Position numbers and translations under genes: made by a program. From Terriglobia bacterium (GTDB lineage Bacteria; Acidobacteriota; Terriglobia; Versatilivoradales; Versatilivoraceae), in NCBI GenBank assembly GCA_963665655.1, contig OY762429.1, positions 2,224,503-2,288,502 on the forward strand: a DNA stretch of 64,000 nt, in the 5' to 3' direction. Shown piece after piece: positions 1 to 8,312 of this stretch. Every line of letters starts with the position of its first letter. Within the stretch, counting starts at the first letter, position 1. The notes beneath the pieces are model-generated. The model was not told where the DNA came from. It did no database searches and saw only the letters and a list, made by a program, of their open reading frames with translations.

Positions 1-529
1 CAGCCTGAGAGAGTTCATCATCCTCAATCCCGGAGGAGGCTGGGTGACCAAGAACTGGTCTCCCTCCAACTATGGCCTGCTCCACCGTCGAATCCGGCGC
101 GAGCTGGGTCTGAAGACGCTTCTGACCTGGGGCCCGGGAGAAGAGGCCCTGGTCCGGGAAGTGATGGCTGCCTGTCCGGGCGATCCGCCCCCGACCTTTT
201 CGACCACCCTGCCCCAGTTCATCGCCCTGGCCCGGCGAGCCCGCTTGTTCGTGGGGGGCGACACCGGGCCGCTGCACCTGGCCGCGGCCTGCCGGACGCC
301 GGTGGTGGCGATCTTCGGCCCGACCGATCCCCGCCGGAACGGGTCCCCCCACCCGGACGACCTGGCGGTTTTCCACCCGGTTCCCTGCGGGCCCTGCTAC
401 AAGAGGACCTGTCGCAAGTACCGGCGCCAGTGCATGACTCTGGTCACGGTGGATCAGGTCTTCGACGCGGTGGTGAGGCGGCTGGAGCAAGCCCGGGGCC
501 AAGCGTTGCCTCCATTCCGGTCCAACTGA
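1..529 (+). CDS. C-terminal fragment of an ADP-heptose:LPS heptosyltransferase-like glycosyltransferase (GT9 family); the 5-prime end lies outside the window
   Basis: ORF 44..529 is open back to the window edge. The GDTGPLHLAAA...PVVAIFGPTDP motif is characteristic of the GT9 heptosyltransferase C-terminal domain. Confidence 0.55.
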   Translation, partial: SLREFIILNPGGGWVTKNWSPSNYGLLHRRIRRELGLKTLLTWGPGEEALVREVMAACPGDPPPTFSTTLPQFIALARRARLFVGGDTGPLHLAAACRTPVVAIFGPTDPRRNGSPHPDDLAVFHPVPCGPCYKRTCRKYRRQCMTLVTVDQVFDAVVRRLEQARGQALPPFRSN

Positions 530-542
530 GTCGGAACGCCTC

Positions 543-1076
543 ATGCTGCCGATCCTCACCCGCCTCCGAGTCCCCGCCGGCTTTCTCCTGGCCGGCCTTT
601 ATTTCTGGCTGGCGCGCCCCACCTGGCCCCTCTGGCCGGTGGGAATCGCTCTGGCCTTCCTGGGAATGCTCTTTCGGGGATGGGCCGCCGGCCATGTCCG
701 CAAGAACGACCAACTGGCCGTCTCCGGACCCTACGCCTTCACCCGTCATCCTCTCTACCTCGGCAGCCTGGTGATCGGCCTGGGATTCAGCCTGGCCGGG
801 CGCAGCCTGCTGATCCTGGTCCTGTTTCTGGCCTGCTTCTTCCTTCTTTACCTTCCGGCCATGCGGGCCGAGGAGGAGCGCCTGAAACACCTGTTCCCCA
901 CCCGATATCCGGATTACCGAAAAACCGTCCCCTTCTTTCTCCCGACTCGCTGGCCGACCGGCCGGGGACGGTCGCCGTTCAGCCTGCAACACTACCGCCG
1001 CAACCGCGAGTACCGGGTGGTGCTGGGATTTGCCGGCGCCCTGGGCCTGCTCTTCTGGAAGGCGTGGTGGTTTTAA
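543..1076 (+). CDS. Isoprenylcysteine carboxyl methyltransferase / phospholipid methyltransferase family membrane protein
   Basis: Multi-helix hydrophobic protein with the TRHPLYLG motif and a C-terminal EEERL...FP..Y..Y signature of the ICMT/PEMT family. Confidence 0.6.
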   Translation: MLPILTRLRVPAGFLLAGLYFWLARPTWPLWPVGIALAFLGMLFRGWAAGHVRKNDQLAVSGPYAFTRHPLYLGSLVIGLGFSLAGRSLLILVLFLACFFLLYLPAMRAEEERLKHLFPTRYPDYRKTVPFFLPTRWPTGRGRSPFSLQHYRRNREYRVVLGFAGALGLLFWKAWWF

Positions 1077-1275
1077 CCCGCATTGCTCACCAGGGGGCGT
1101 GATCATGACAGCAGGCGGCATCCCGGTCACGAATTTCCTTCCCACAACCGAGGGCTTTGGTTTAGAATTCCCGCCTCGCTATCAGACCGCGTGCCCCGTT
1201 TCGGGCTGGCCCCGCCGGTTTTCCCGCAGGAAGCACATCGCACGGTTACTTGACAGGACGGAGAAGGAGTGGTGA

Positions 1276-2400
1276 ATGTCCAGGTTTAAGGAAGGCTTGC
1301 AGGATGTTGTGGCGGCGACCTCATCCATCTGCTACATCGACGGACAGAAGGGGATTCTGTCCTATCGAGGCATAGACATCCACGATCTGGCGGAACATTC
1401 GACCTTTGAGGAAGTCTGCTATCTGTTGTGGTTCGGCCGCCTCCCCAAGCAGACGGAGCTGGACGAAATGAAATCGGACATGGGTCGCAGCCGGGCCTTG
1501 CCGGAGCCTGTGCTTCAGTTGCTGAAGAGCTTGCCCGCGGACGCTCCCCCCATGGATGTTTTGCGCACGGCTGTCTCCGCCCTGTCCCACTTCGACCCCG
1601 ATGCCGCGGCCAACGACAAACCGGCCAACCTGAGAAAGACCTATCGCCTGACCGGCCAGATCGCGTCCATCGTGGCCACGGCTGACCGCATTCGCAACGG
1701 CCAGGAACCCGTCAGCCCCGATTCCGGGCTTTCCCATGCCGCCAACTTCGTCTACATGCTCACCGGGAAAAAGCCCGATGCGACCGCCGAGCGGGCCCTG
1801 GACGTGGCTCTCATCCTGCATGCCGACCATGAATTCAACGCCTCGACCTTTGCGGCCCGGGTGACTGTCGCCACCTTGACCGACATCCATTCCGCCATTG
1901 CCTCGGCCGTCGGAACCTTGAAAGGCCCCCTGCACGGCGGCGCCAACCAGGATGTCATGCGCATGCTGATCGCCATCGGGGAGACTGAGCGAGCCGAAAC
2001 CTACGTCAAGGAAGCCCTGGCCAGAAAGCAGAAGATCAGCGGCTTCGGGCACCGGGTCTATCGGACCGAAGACCCGAGAGCCACCCACCTGCGCCGAATG
2101 TCCCGCGACCTTTCCGAGAGCTCCGGCACCCGCAAGTGGTTTGAAACCTCCCGGGTGATCGAAGAGGTGGTGAAACGGGAGAAGAACATCAACGCCAACG
2201 TGGATTTCTATTCCGCCACGGTGTACTACAACCTCGGGATCCCGGTGGACCTGTTCACCCCGCTGTTCGCGGTCAGCCGCATTTCCGGTTGGGCCGCTCA
2301 CGTGCTCGAGCAACTGGACAACAACCGCCTGATTCGGCCCAGGGCCGATTACACCGGCCCCTCTCATCCGGCGCCCTACATTCCCATGAACGAGAGGTAG
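1276..2400 (+). CDS. gltA: Citrate synthase
   Basis: 374 aa, with the GFGHRVYRTEDPRA citrate synthase signature and the overall length and layout of bacterial type I citrate synthase. Confidence 0.85.
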   Translation: MSRFKEGLQDVVAATSSICYIDGQKGILSYRGIDIHDLAEHSTFEEVCYLLWFGRLPKQTELDEMKSDMGRSRALPEPVLQLLKSLPADAPPMDVLRTAVSALSHFDPDAAANDKPANLRKTYRLTGQIASIVATADRIRNGQEPVSPDSGLSHAANFVYMLTGKKPDATAERALDVALILHADHEFNASTFAARVTVATLTDIHSAIASAVGTLKGPLHGGANQDVMRMLIAIGETERAETYVKEALARKQKISGFGHRVYRTEDPRATHLRRMSRDLSESSGTRKWFETSRVIEEVVKREKNINANVDFYSATVYYNLGIPVDLFTPLFAVSRISGWAAHVLEQLDNNRLIRPRADYTGPSHPAPYIPMNER

Positions 2401-2437
2401 TCCCCTGCTGCCGCCACCCCTGTCATTCCGCACCCCG

Positions 2438-2926
2438 TTGTTCCGCGGGCTGGTTGCCCTCGGCATATTGGCGGCAACTTTCGGCCTGGCTCACCATTCC
2501 TCGGCCTCAGAGGACGTTTTCTCCCCCGAGGAGTTCTCTCCATCGGAAGAGGAGGCCCTTCAGAAGGCCAAGAACCCCCGAAAGCGATTGGGCGTATACC
2601 TGGACATCGTTTTTGACCGGCTGAAACAGTTCCGGGTCCTGGTTCGGAAATGCGATCAGGACCAGGCCGGGAGGTACCTGACCGGGTACGCCCTGGCCCT
2701 GAACCGAGCCGACGACCTGGCTGCAAGCGAAGATCCCGACCGGAAAGAGGGTCAGAAACTCCTGAAGGCACTGTTGAAGGCCACCCAGAAGATCAACGCC
2801 TCCCTGATCCAGACCATCGAAAAAGTGCCCCAGGATTGCCGCCCCGTGGTCCAGGAGGCCCTGCAGGTCTCCCAGCAGGTCAACGGCGCCGTCCACGTCC
2901 AGCTCCTCAGAGCCGGCACGCCCTGA
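2438..2926 (+). CDS. Hypothetical secreted protein
   Basis: Signal-peptide-like N-terminus (MFRGLVALGILAATFGLAHHSSASE) and coding-like composition. No recognisable domain. Confidence 0.4.
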   Translation: MFRGLVALGILAATFGLAHHSSASEDVFSPEEFSPSEEEALQKAKNPRKRLGVYLDIVFDRLKQFRVLVRKCDQDQAGRYLTGYALALNRADDLAASEDPDRKEGQKLLKALLKATQKINASLIQTIEKVPQDCRPVVQEALQVSQQVNGAVHVQLLRAGTP

Positions 2927-2946
2927 GAATCCAGGATGATTTTTCC

Positions 2947-3528
2947 ATGAACGGGTTTCGGATCTTTGCGCTGCTGGCGCTGGCTGGCTGCCTTGCCGCT
3001 TGTGCCTCCTCTCGCAAGCTCAGCCCCGACACCGCTCGAAGCAGAATTCTGAAGTTGGGGCTGATGGAGATCGAGGGCAAAACGCTGGAAGTCCTGAAAG
3101 TCCGGCAGGTCGGAGGCAAACAAGCGGTTGCCGAAGCCAGCTTGAACATGGTTTTTCAGCTGACTCGGAACTCTCGGGGGAGGTGGGAGGTGGAAGCCGT
3201 CCGCTTTTCGGACGGGAACTGGGTTCAGGTCGAGACCCTGCGCCAGGCCCTGGACATGACCAGAGACCGGCAGACCCGCCAGGACCTGAGCAAGCTGGTC
3301 AAAGCCGTCAAGGAGTACAAGGCGGTCCATGGGAAGTACCCCCAGGCCGATAACCTGTCCGGGCTGAACGATCTGCTTTTCCCCCGGCACATGGCCACTT
3401 CCATTCGCTTCGACGCCTGGGGGCGTCCGCTCATTCTCCAGCGCACCGGTCCGGAGGGTCTGCAGATCCTGTCCTTGGGCGCCGACGGCGTCCGGGGAAA
3501 CAAGGATGACATCTCCCTGTCCCCGTAG
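2947..3528 (+). CDS. Lipoprotein with a type II secretion pseudopilin (GspG)-like C-terminal domain
   Basis: Internal start of ORF 2650..3528 at MNGFRIFALLALAGCLAAC (lipobox LAGC). The C-terminus FDAWGRPLIL...LSLGADGVRGNKDDISL resembles the GspG C-terminal motif. There is no prepilin N-terminus. Confidence 0.45.
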   Translation: MNGFRIFALLALAGCLAACASSRKLSPDTARSRILKLGLMEIEGKTLEVLKVRQVGGKQAVAEASLNMVFQLTRNSRGRWEVEAVRFSDGNWVQVETLRQALDMTRDRQTRQDLSKLVKAVKEYKAVHGKYPQADNLSGLNDLLFPRHMATSIRFDAWGRPLILQRTGPEGLQILSLGADGVRGNKDDISLSP

Positions 3529-3573
3529 GGATTTGGCGATAGGAATCGTGGCTCGGATTCGGAGAATTCACTG

Positions 3574-4308
3574 ATGCCAAAGGCGTCCTCCTCCCAAAGA
3601 CAGCGTTCGGGGGCCCGCGGCAAGTCCGGAGGGCGAAAGAGCCCTTCGATCGCCAAACCCCTGGCCGTCCTGGCCGTGGTGGTGGTCGTGGCTCTTGGGG
3701 CGGCCTTCTACTTGCAGCGAAGCGCCAACGATCAGGCGGTCTCCACACCGGCCGCAAGCTCCCACGACACCCTTTCCCCGATCAGTCCGCAGGGCTGGAG
3801 CAAGGGAAACAGCCTGGCCAAGGCCGTCCTGGTCGAATTCGTCGACTTTCAGTGCGGGGCTTGCGCCGCCGCCAGCAGCCGCATGGCCAAGATCGCAAGA
3901 AAGTACGGCTCCGAGTTGAAAATCGTCTTCAAGCACCACCCCATGCAGAGGGCTCACGGCAACGCCATGATCGCCGCCCGGGCGGCCGAGGCCGCCGGAC
4001 TCCAGTACAAGTTCTGGGAAATGCACGACCTGCTCCTGCAGCGCCAACACGAGTGGGCCAAGGTGCCGGATGCCCAAACCCACTTTCTCCGCTACGCCGC
4101 CGAACTACAGCTCAACCTGGCCCGCTTCCGGCGAGACCTCTGGGCTAAAGAGGTGGGGGACAAGATCTACCGTGACATCATGGAAGGCCGGATGGCACAG
4201 GTCCGCTCGGTTCCCGCCTTCTTTCTGAACGGAAAGCCCATCCCCAACAGCAGGGACGAATTCGAGTTCGAACAGAGAATCGTCGACGGCATCCGGTCTC
4301 TCCAGTGA
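3574..4308 (+). CDS. DsbA-family thiol:disulfide oxidoreductase (membrane-anchored thioredoxin fold)
   Basis: N-terminal TM segment, a CGAC active site (FVDFQCGACAAAS) and the thioredoxin-like C-terminal pattern FFLNGKPI. Confidence 0.65.
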   Translation: MPKASSSQRQRSGARGKSGGRKSPSIAKPLAVLAVVVVVALGAAFYLQRSANDQAVSTPAASSHDTLSPISPQGWSKGNSLAKAVLVEFVDFQCGACAAASSRMAKIARKYGSELKIVFKHHPMQRAHGNAMIAARAAEAAGLQYKFWEMHDLLLQRQHEWAKVPDAQTHFLRYAAELQLNLARFRRDLWAKEVGDKIYRDIMEGRMAQVRSVPAFFLNGKPIPNSRDEFEFEQRIVDGIRSLQ

Positions 4309-4739
4309 GCGGCAATCCCTGGTCGATTCGCGTGATGGTGCTGGCCGGCTTTGCCGGAATGGTCGATTCCGGCTACGTAGGCTTCCACAGCCTCACCGGC
4401 TTGCTGATCCCCTGCGGTCCTGCCGGCGGCTGCGACCAGGTCCTCAACAGCGCCTATTCCCACTGGGGCGGCGTCTCCATCGCCTGGTTCGGCTTCGCCT
4501 TTTATCTGGCCATTACCGGCGCCGGCATCTTCGGCCTGTCGGGCTTCCGGCAGGTGTTCCGCTTCAGCCTGATCGCCAGCCTGGCGGCCTTCCTGGCAAC
4601 CCTTTACCTGCTGTATGTGCAGGCGTTCATCTTGCGGGCCTTCTGCGACTACTGCCTGCTCTCGGCCCTTCTGGTTTTCGTGATACTGGGAGCTCACCTG
4701 GCATTGCGGCCCTGGAACGCCCCGGCCGACCCCCACTGA
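4305..4739 (+). CDS. Vitamin K epoxide reductase (VKOR) family protein
   Basis: 144-aa polytopic membrane protein with a loop cysteine pair (CGPAGGC) and a CDYC active-site motif in a helix. ATGA start/stop overlap with the preceding DsbA-like gene. Confidence 0.6.
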   Translation: MSGNPWSIRVMVLAGFAGMVDSGYVGFHSLTGLLIPCGPAGGCDQVLNSAYSHWGGVSIAWFGFAFYLAITGAGIFGLSGFRQVFRFSLIASLAAFLATLYLLYVQAFILRAFCDYCLLSALLVFVILGAHLALRPWNAPADPH

Positions 4740-4786
4740 TCGGCGGACTTGTCTGAAACAACCCCTGATTTAACTGCCTGATTAAC

Positions 4787-5025
4787 ATGGATGAACAGGA
4801 TATACAGGATTCCTGGTAGATGGGCCTGGACAGAGTGCTCCGGGACGAACGTTCTCTCTCCCCCCCTCGAGTTCGACCGTTACCCTTTCTTCAACAACGA
4901 TTCCAATGCCCGTCCCCATGGTCATGGATCACCTTGAATGAGCATCCGATCAGCGAGCCCGTCCGCTGCCCGCGCAACAGCGTCTCATTCTTTTTATCCT
5001 GTTCATCCTGTCTATCCATGTTCCC
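4787..5025. repeat. Imperfect inverted repeat (~25 bp arms, AACATGGATGAACAGGATATACAGGA vs reverse complement GGAACATGGATAGACAGGATGAACAGGATAAAA) flanking a ~180-bp non-coding segment, with internal GAACAGGAT 9-mers
   Basis: Read directly in the 320-bp intergenic region between the VKOR-like gene and rimI. Confidence 0.5.
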
Positions 5026-5058
5026 TAATGCAACCAACCGGTTTAACAGAACATGGGC

Positions 5059-5592
5059 CTATTCCCGATAGGCCATGAAGACACCCTGTTTCTTCACCTT
5101 CAAGAGACCGGTGGCCCCCGTTGAGAGCCGGGCCGCCGCGGTTGCCCGCTCCATCACCCAGGCATCCTCCGGGGGATCCCGATAGTAGTTTTGGCGGCTG
5201 GAGACGATCCGGAATCCGTTGCGCCGGTAGAAGCGGATGGCGCGGTGGTTGGAATGGCGCACCTCCAGGAAGATGCGGGTCAACTGCCGCTGCCGGGCCA
5301 CCTCCAGACACTGCTCCAGGAGCAGCCGGCCCACCCGCTTTCCCAGGTATCGGGGCGGAACCATCAGGTTGCAGAGCTCGCCGTGATCGACCATCAGGGC
5401 CAACACGGCTGCCCCGGCCAGGGTCCCCGCTTCCCCTGGTGACGTCCTTCCGCCAGATTGCACCTCCGCCACCAGGGGGCAGAAGAGAAAGGGCTTCCCG
5501 AGCACCTGCAGATAGCCCTCCTCTCTCCATTTGCTCAAGTAGTCCCAGCAGTTCTCCATGGCCACTACCCGGGCCACGTCCGCCTCCACCAT
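5059..5592 (-). CDS. rimI: Ribosomal-protein-alanine N-acetyltransferase-like GNAT acetyltransferase
   Basis: GNAT motifs (RRLGVGRLLLE-type Q/RxxGxG/A motif: KRVGRLLLEQ). Start chosen at the internal Met MVEADVARV; ORF 5059..5682 allows a longer N-terminus. In the undisturbed arrangement this gene would follow tsaB. Confidence 0.6.
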   Translation of the reverse strand: MVEADVARVVAMENCWDYLSKWREEGYLQVLGKPFLFCPLVAEVQSGGRTSPGEAGTLAGAAVLALMVDHGELCNLMVPPRYLGKRVGRLLLEQCLEVARQRQLTRIFLEVRHSNHRAIRFYRRNGFRIVSSRQNYYRDPPEDAWVMERATAAARLSTGATGLLKVKKQGVFMAYRE

Positions 5593-6026
5593 CCGGCGAA
5601 TTTCAACGTTCAAGGGCCTTGCCCAATAACGGCGCCAGGAGACTTGCAAGCAGGGAGTTAATCCCCCGTGCCAAAAACTCAATCCGACAGAACAGCAGGC
5701 GGATCGCTTCCCGTTGTCCGTCCGGAATCGGCGGGCCAGGAAGCCTATACTATCGAGGCATAAACGCCCAACGATGCCAATGGATGCAGACAGATGGCCG
5801 ACTGATTAACCATTCCTCGCAAAACCGTTCCTCGCAGCTGGACAAAGTTTGCTTCGTGCTGCTTTCGACGGCAGTTTAGGAATCGATTTTCCACTTGATC
5901 ATCTAACCACCCTCGCAAGAGCAAATACCTCGGTGGCCACTTCAGCGTCAGAAGATTTCGGTGGTCGTGGGAGGTAAAGTGAAATCTTCTTGTCTTTTGA
6001 AACATAGTCAAAGCCACTCTCATCAT

Positions 6027-7199
6027 TCAGACTGGCGAAGACAACTTTGCTAAGGTTTCTTCAATAAAACCGACGGCCTCTTCAACGTCCTCGTCGCTTG
6101 TGCCAAAGCCGAGACTGAAACGGATAGATGCCTCGGCATCGTCACTGTCCAAGCCAATGGCTCTGAGGACATGCGACGGTTCCGGGATTCCTGTAGTGCA
6201 CGCGGAACCTGTCGAGGCCGCGAGACGCGGCTGAAGCGCACCGAGAATATCGTGCGCAGAAAAGCCCGCAAATCGGACATTGGCGTTGCCGGGGTGACGG
6301 TGCTCGCCACGCGGGCCATTCACAGCAACGGGCCAAGCCAGATTGTTCAGCTTAGCGAGGAATGCATCGCGCCGACGACGCAATTGCGAGCGCTTTTCGT
6401 CGGCATCGCACTGAGTAAATAGATCCGCTGCGGCAGCCATTCCAACACAAAGCGGTACAGGAACAGTACCGGAACGCAATCCGTTCTGTTGGCCCCCACC
6501 GTATAACAGCGGCTCGATCTGATCTTCCAAGGCGCGCGATATGCAAATAATTCCGATTCCTTTCGGTCCGTACATTTTGTGAGACGATAGGCTCAAGATA
6601 TCCACGTATTGCAATATGGTGTCAAGGCGCATTGCAAGGGGCGCTTGCGCAGCATCGCAGTGATAAATCGTCCCCTGACGTCTTACTACGTCTGATACCA
6701 CTTTAATGTCCTGAACTGTCCCGATTTCGTTATTCACCACCATCACAGAAACCGCGAGGACATCTTCGTCCAGCATTTCTTCCAGGGTCGATAGTTCGAC
6801 GAATCCTTCGCCATCGACCGGTATTGTTTCAACTGTGAAACCGTATTGCTTTTCTAGGACTCTGCCAGCTTCCAGCACGCTTTTGTGTTCTACTGCACTC
6901 AACAAAATGCGGCGGCGCTTGCCACCAGCCGCGCGGCGTCCTAGGCCAAGTAACGCCAAGTTGTTCGACTCGGTTGCCCCTGAAGTAAAGATAACCTCAT
7001 CGGCATCGGCACCGATCAGCCGAGCGACGCGACCAGTGGCGTCCTCGACCGCACGCGAAGATTCCCATCCGAAGCAATGCTCCGACGAGTGCGAATTCCC
7101 GAACAAATTACTAAAATAAGGGATCATTTCGTCCAAAACATGTAGATTGACCGGTGTTGTAGCCTGATGGTCAAAATAAACGCTGTTTCTATTTTTCAT
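6027..7199 (-). CDS. sspA: Cysteine desulfurase (class V aminotransferase, IscS/NifS/DndA/SspA-like)
   Basis: 390 aa with the PLP-lysine motif SLSSHKMYGPKG, a C-terminal active-site Cys region (STGSACT) and an N-terminal YFDHQATTP. It is divergent from sspBCD inside the low-GC island. Confidence 0.8.
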   Translation of the reverse strand: MKNRNSVYFDHQATTPVNLHVLDEMIPYFSNLFGNSHSSEHCFGWESSRAVEDATGRVARLIGADADEVIFTSGATESNNLALLGLGRRAAGGKRRRILLSAVEHKSVLEAGRVLEKQYGFTVETIPVDGEGFVELSTLEEMLDEDVLAVSVMVVNNEIGTVQDIKVVSDVVRRQGTIYHCDAAQAPLAMRLDTILQYVDILSLSSHKMYGPKGIGIICISRALEDQIEPLLYGGGQQNGLRSGTVPVPLCVGMAAAADLFTQCDADEKRSQLRRRRDAFLAKLNNLAWPVAVNGPRGEHRHPGNANVRFAGFSAHDILGALQPRLAASTGSACTTGIPEPSHVLRAIGLDSDDAEASIRFSLGFGTSDEDVEEAVGFIEETLAKLSSPV

Positions 7200-7352
7200 T
7201 TCCTCTTTATGAAACTGAGTCTAAAATTCTTAAGGCTAGCGGGTTCGAAAGCTAAGTAGGATTAGTGGGGAGCAACTCCGGTCACTGTCGAACATAGCAC
7301 AGTTTGTCAGCTACAGTCGACCTGGAGGTATCATCCAGTAGCCGGAGTACGC

Positions 7353-8312
7353 ATGGCGCGCGGACCACTTTTTCAAGCAGGCTACAACCCTCAGTTTTCG
7401 GGCCATGAAACCTTTCCACTCCGCTACGGATGGCTGAAAAAGGCATTGGACCGCGTCGTAGAAACCGAACATCAAGCTGACAACCGAGTCACATGCTGGG
7501 GCGGAGACGCTATCGCACGTTTTGGCGTCGGTAAAAATATGGTGGCGTCTATGCGCCATTGGGCCAAGGCAGCCCGAGTAATCATTGAACCCGCAAAAAA
7601 TACGGTTCGGACCACAGCACTCGGCCGCCTACTGTTTGGACGGACGGGAGTCGACCCGTATATGGAGCACCCCGCAACGTTGTGGCTAATCCATTGGCAG
7701 TTGGCGGCCTACGAAGAGAAGACTACATGGTATTGGGCGTTCAACCACTATTCTGCTGTGACCTTCGACCGTGAAGCGGTGATCATAATGCTCAAACGTC
7801 TTGCTAAGGACCGAAATTGGCTGAGAGTTGCCGATACGACAATCAAGAACGATGTTGCGTGTTTCGTTCGCACATACGTCGCGTGGCAACCGTCCAGCAA
7901 GACTGGCCATGATGACGTGCTTGAGTCACCGCTCACAGAATTGGGGCTAATCAAGGCCATCGGCAAAAAGGACGGTTTTCGCTTTGTAAGAGGCCCCAAG
8001 ACGACATTGGGCGATGGTGTATTTACTTATGCCTTGGTCGACTTCTGGTCACGGTATGCACCAAACTCAGCCACATTGTCCTTCGAGGCCATCGCTCATG
8101 CGCCCGGCGGTCCGGGCCGCGTATTCCTTTTAGACGAAAACGATGTCGTCGACCGTCTTGCTGCACTTGATGAGGTTACAGGCGGTACGCTGAGATGGTC
8201 CGAGACTGCCGGTCTGAAGCAGGTTATTCGCACTACCGAAATGGAAGGGGGTTCTGCCCTGTCCTGGGTCTACTGCGATTTCAACACGCCTACCGACATG
8301 GAGCCAATGTGA
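7353..8312 (+). CDS. sspB: SspB-like DUF4007 protein (phosphorothioation nickase component)
   Basis: N-terminal FSGHETFPLRYGWLKK motif typical of DUF4007. It is immediately followed and overlapped by the large ATPase and the PAPS-reductase-like gene in the sspBCD order. Confidence 0.7.
   Translation: MARGPLFQAGYNPQFSGHETFPLRYGWLKKALDRVVETEHQADNRVTCWGGDAIARFGVGKNMVASMRHWAKAARVIIEPAKNTVRTTALGRLLFGRTGVDPYMEHPATLWLIHWQLAAYEEKTTWYWAFNHYSAVTFDREAVIIMLKRLAKDRNWLRVADTTIKNDVACFVRTYVAWQPSSKTGHDDVLESPLTELGLIKAIGKKDGFRFVRGPKTTLGDGVFTYALVDFWSRYAPNSATLSFEAIAHAPGGPGRVFLLDENDVVDRLAALDEVTGGTLRWSETAGLKQVIRTTEMEGGSALSWVYCDFNTPTDMEPM

Noticed and set aside
444-1145. 233-aa minus-strand ORF
   Set aside because: It is antisense to the heptosyltransferase fragment and the ICMT-family gene, with G/P/A-rich composition typical of shadow ORFs.
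1321-2466. 381-aa minus-strand ORF
   Set aside because: It is antisense to citrate synthase, which carries clear signature motifs.
5745-6026. 93-aa minus-strand ORF at the left island edge
   Set aside because: It has no RBS context or motifs. It lies in the transition zone immediately after sspA and is probably spurious.
8195-8311. Upstream extension of the sspC ORF overlapping the sspB 3-prime end
   Set aside because: The ATG at 8312 overlaps the sspB stop in the usual coupled arrangement (TGATG). The extension would overlap sspB by 117 nt in another frame.
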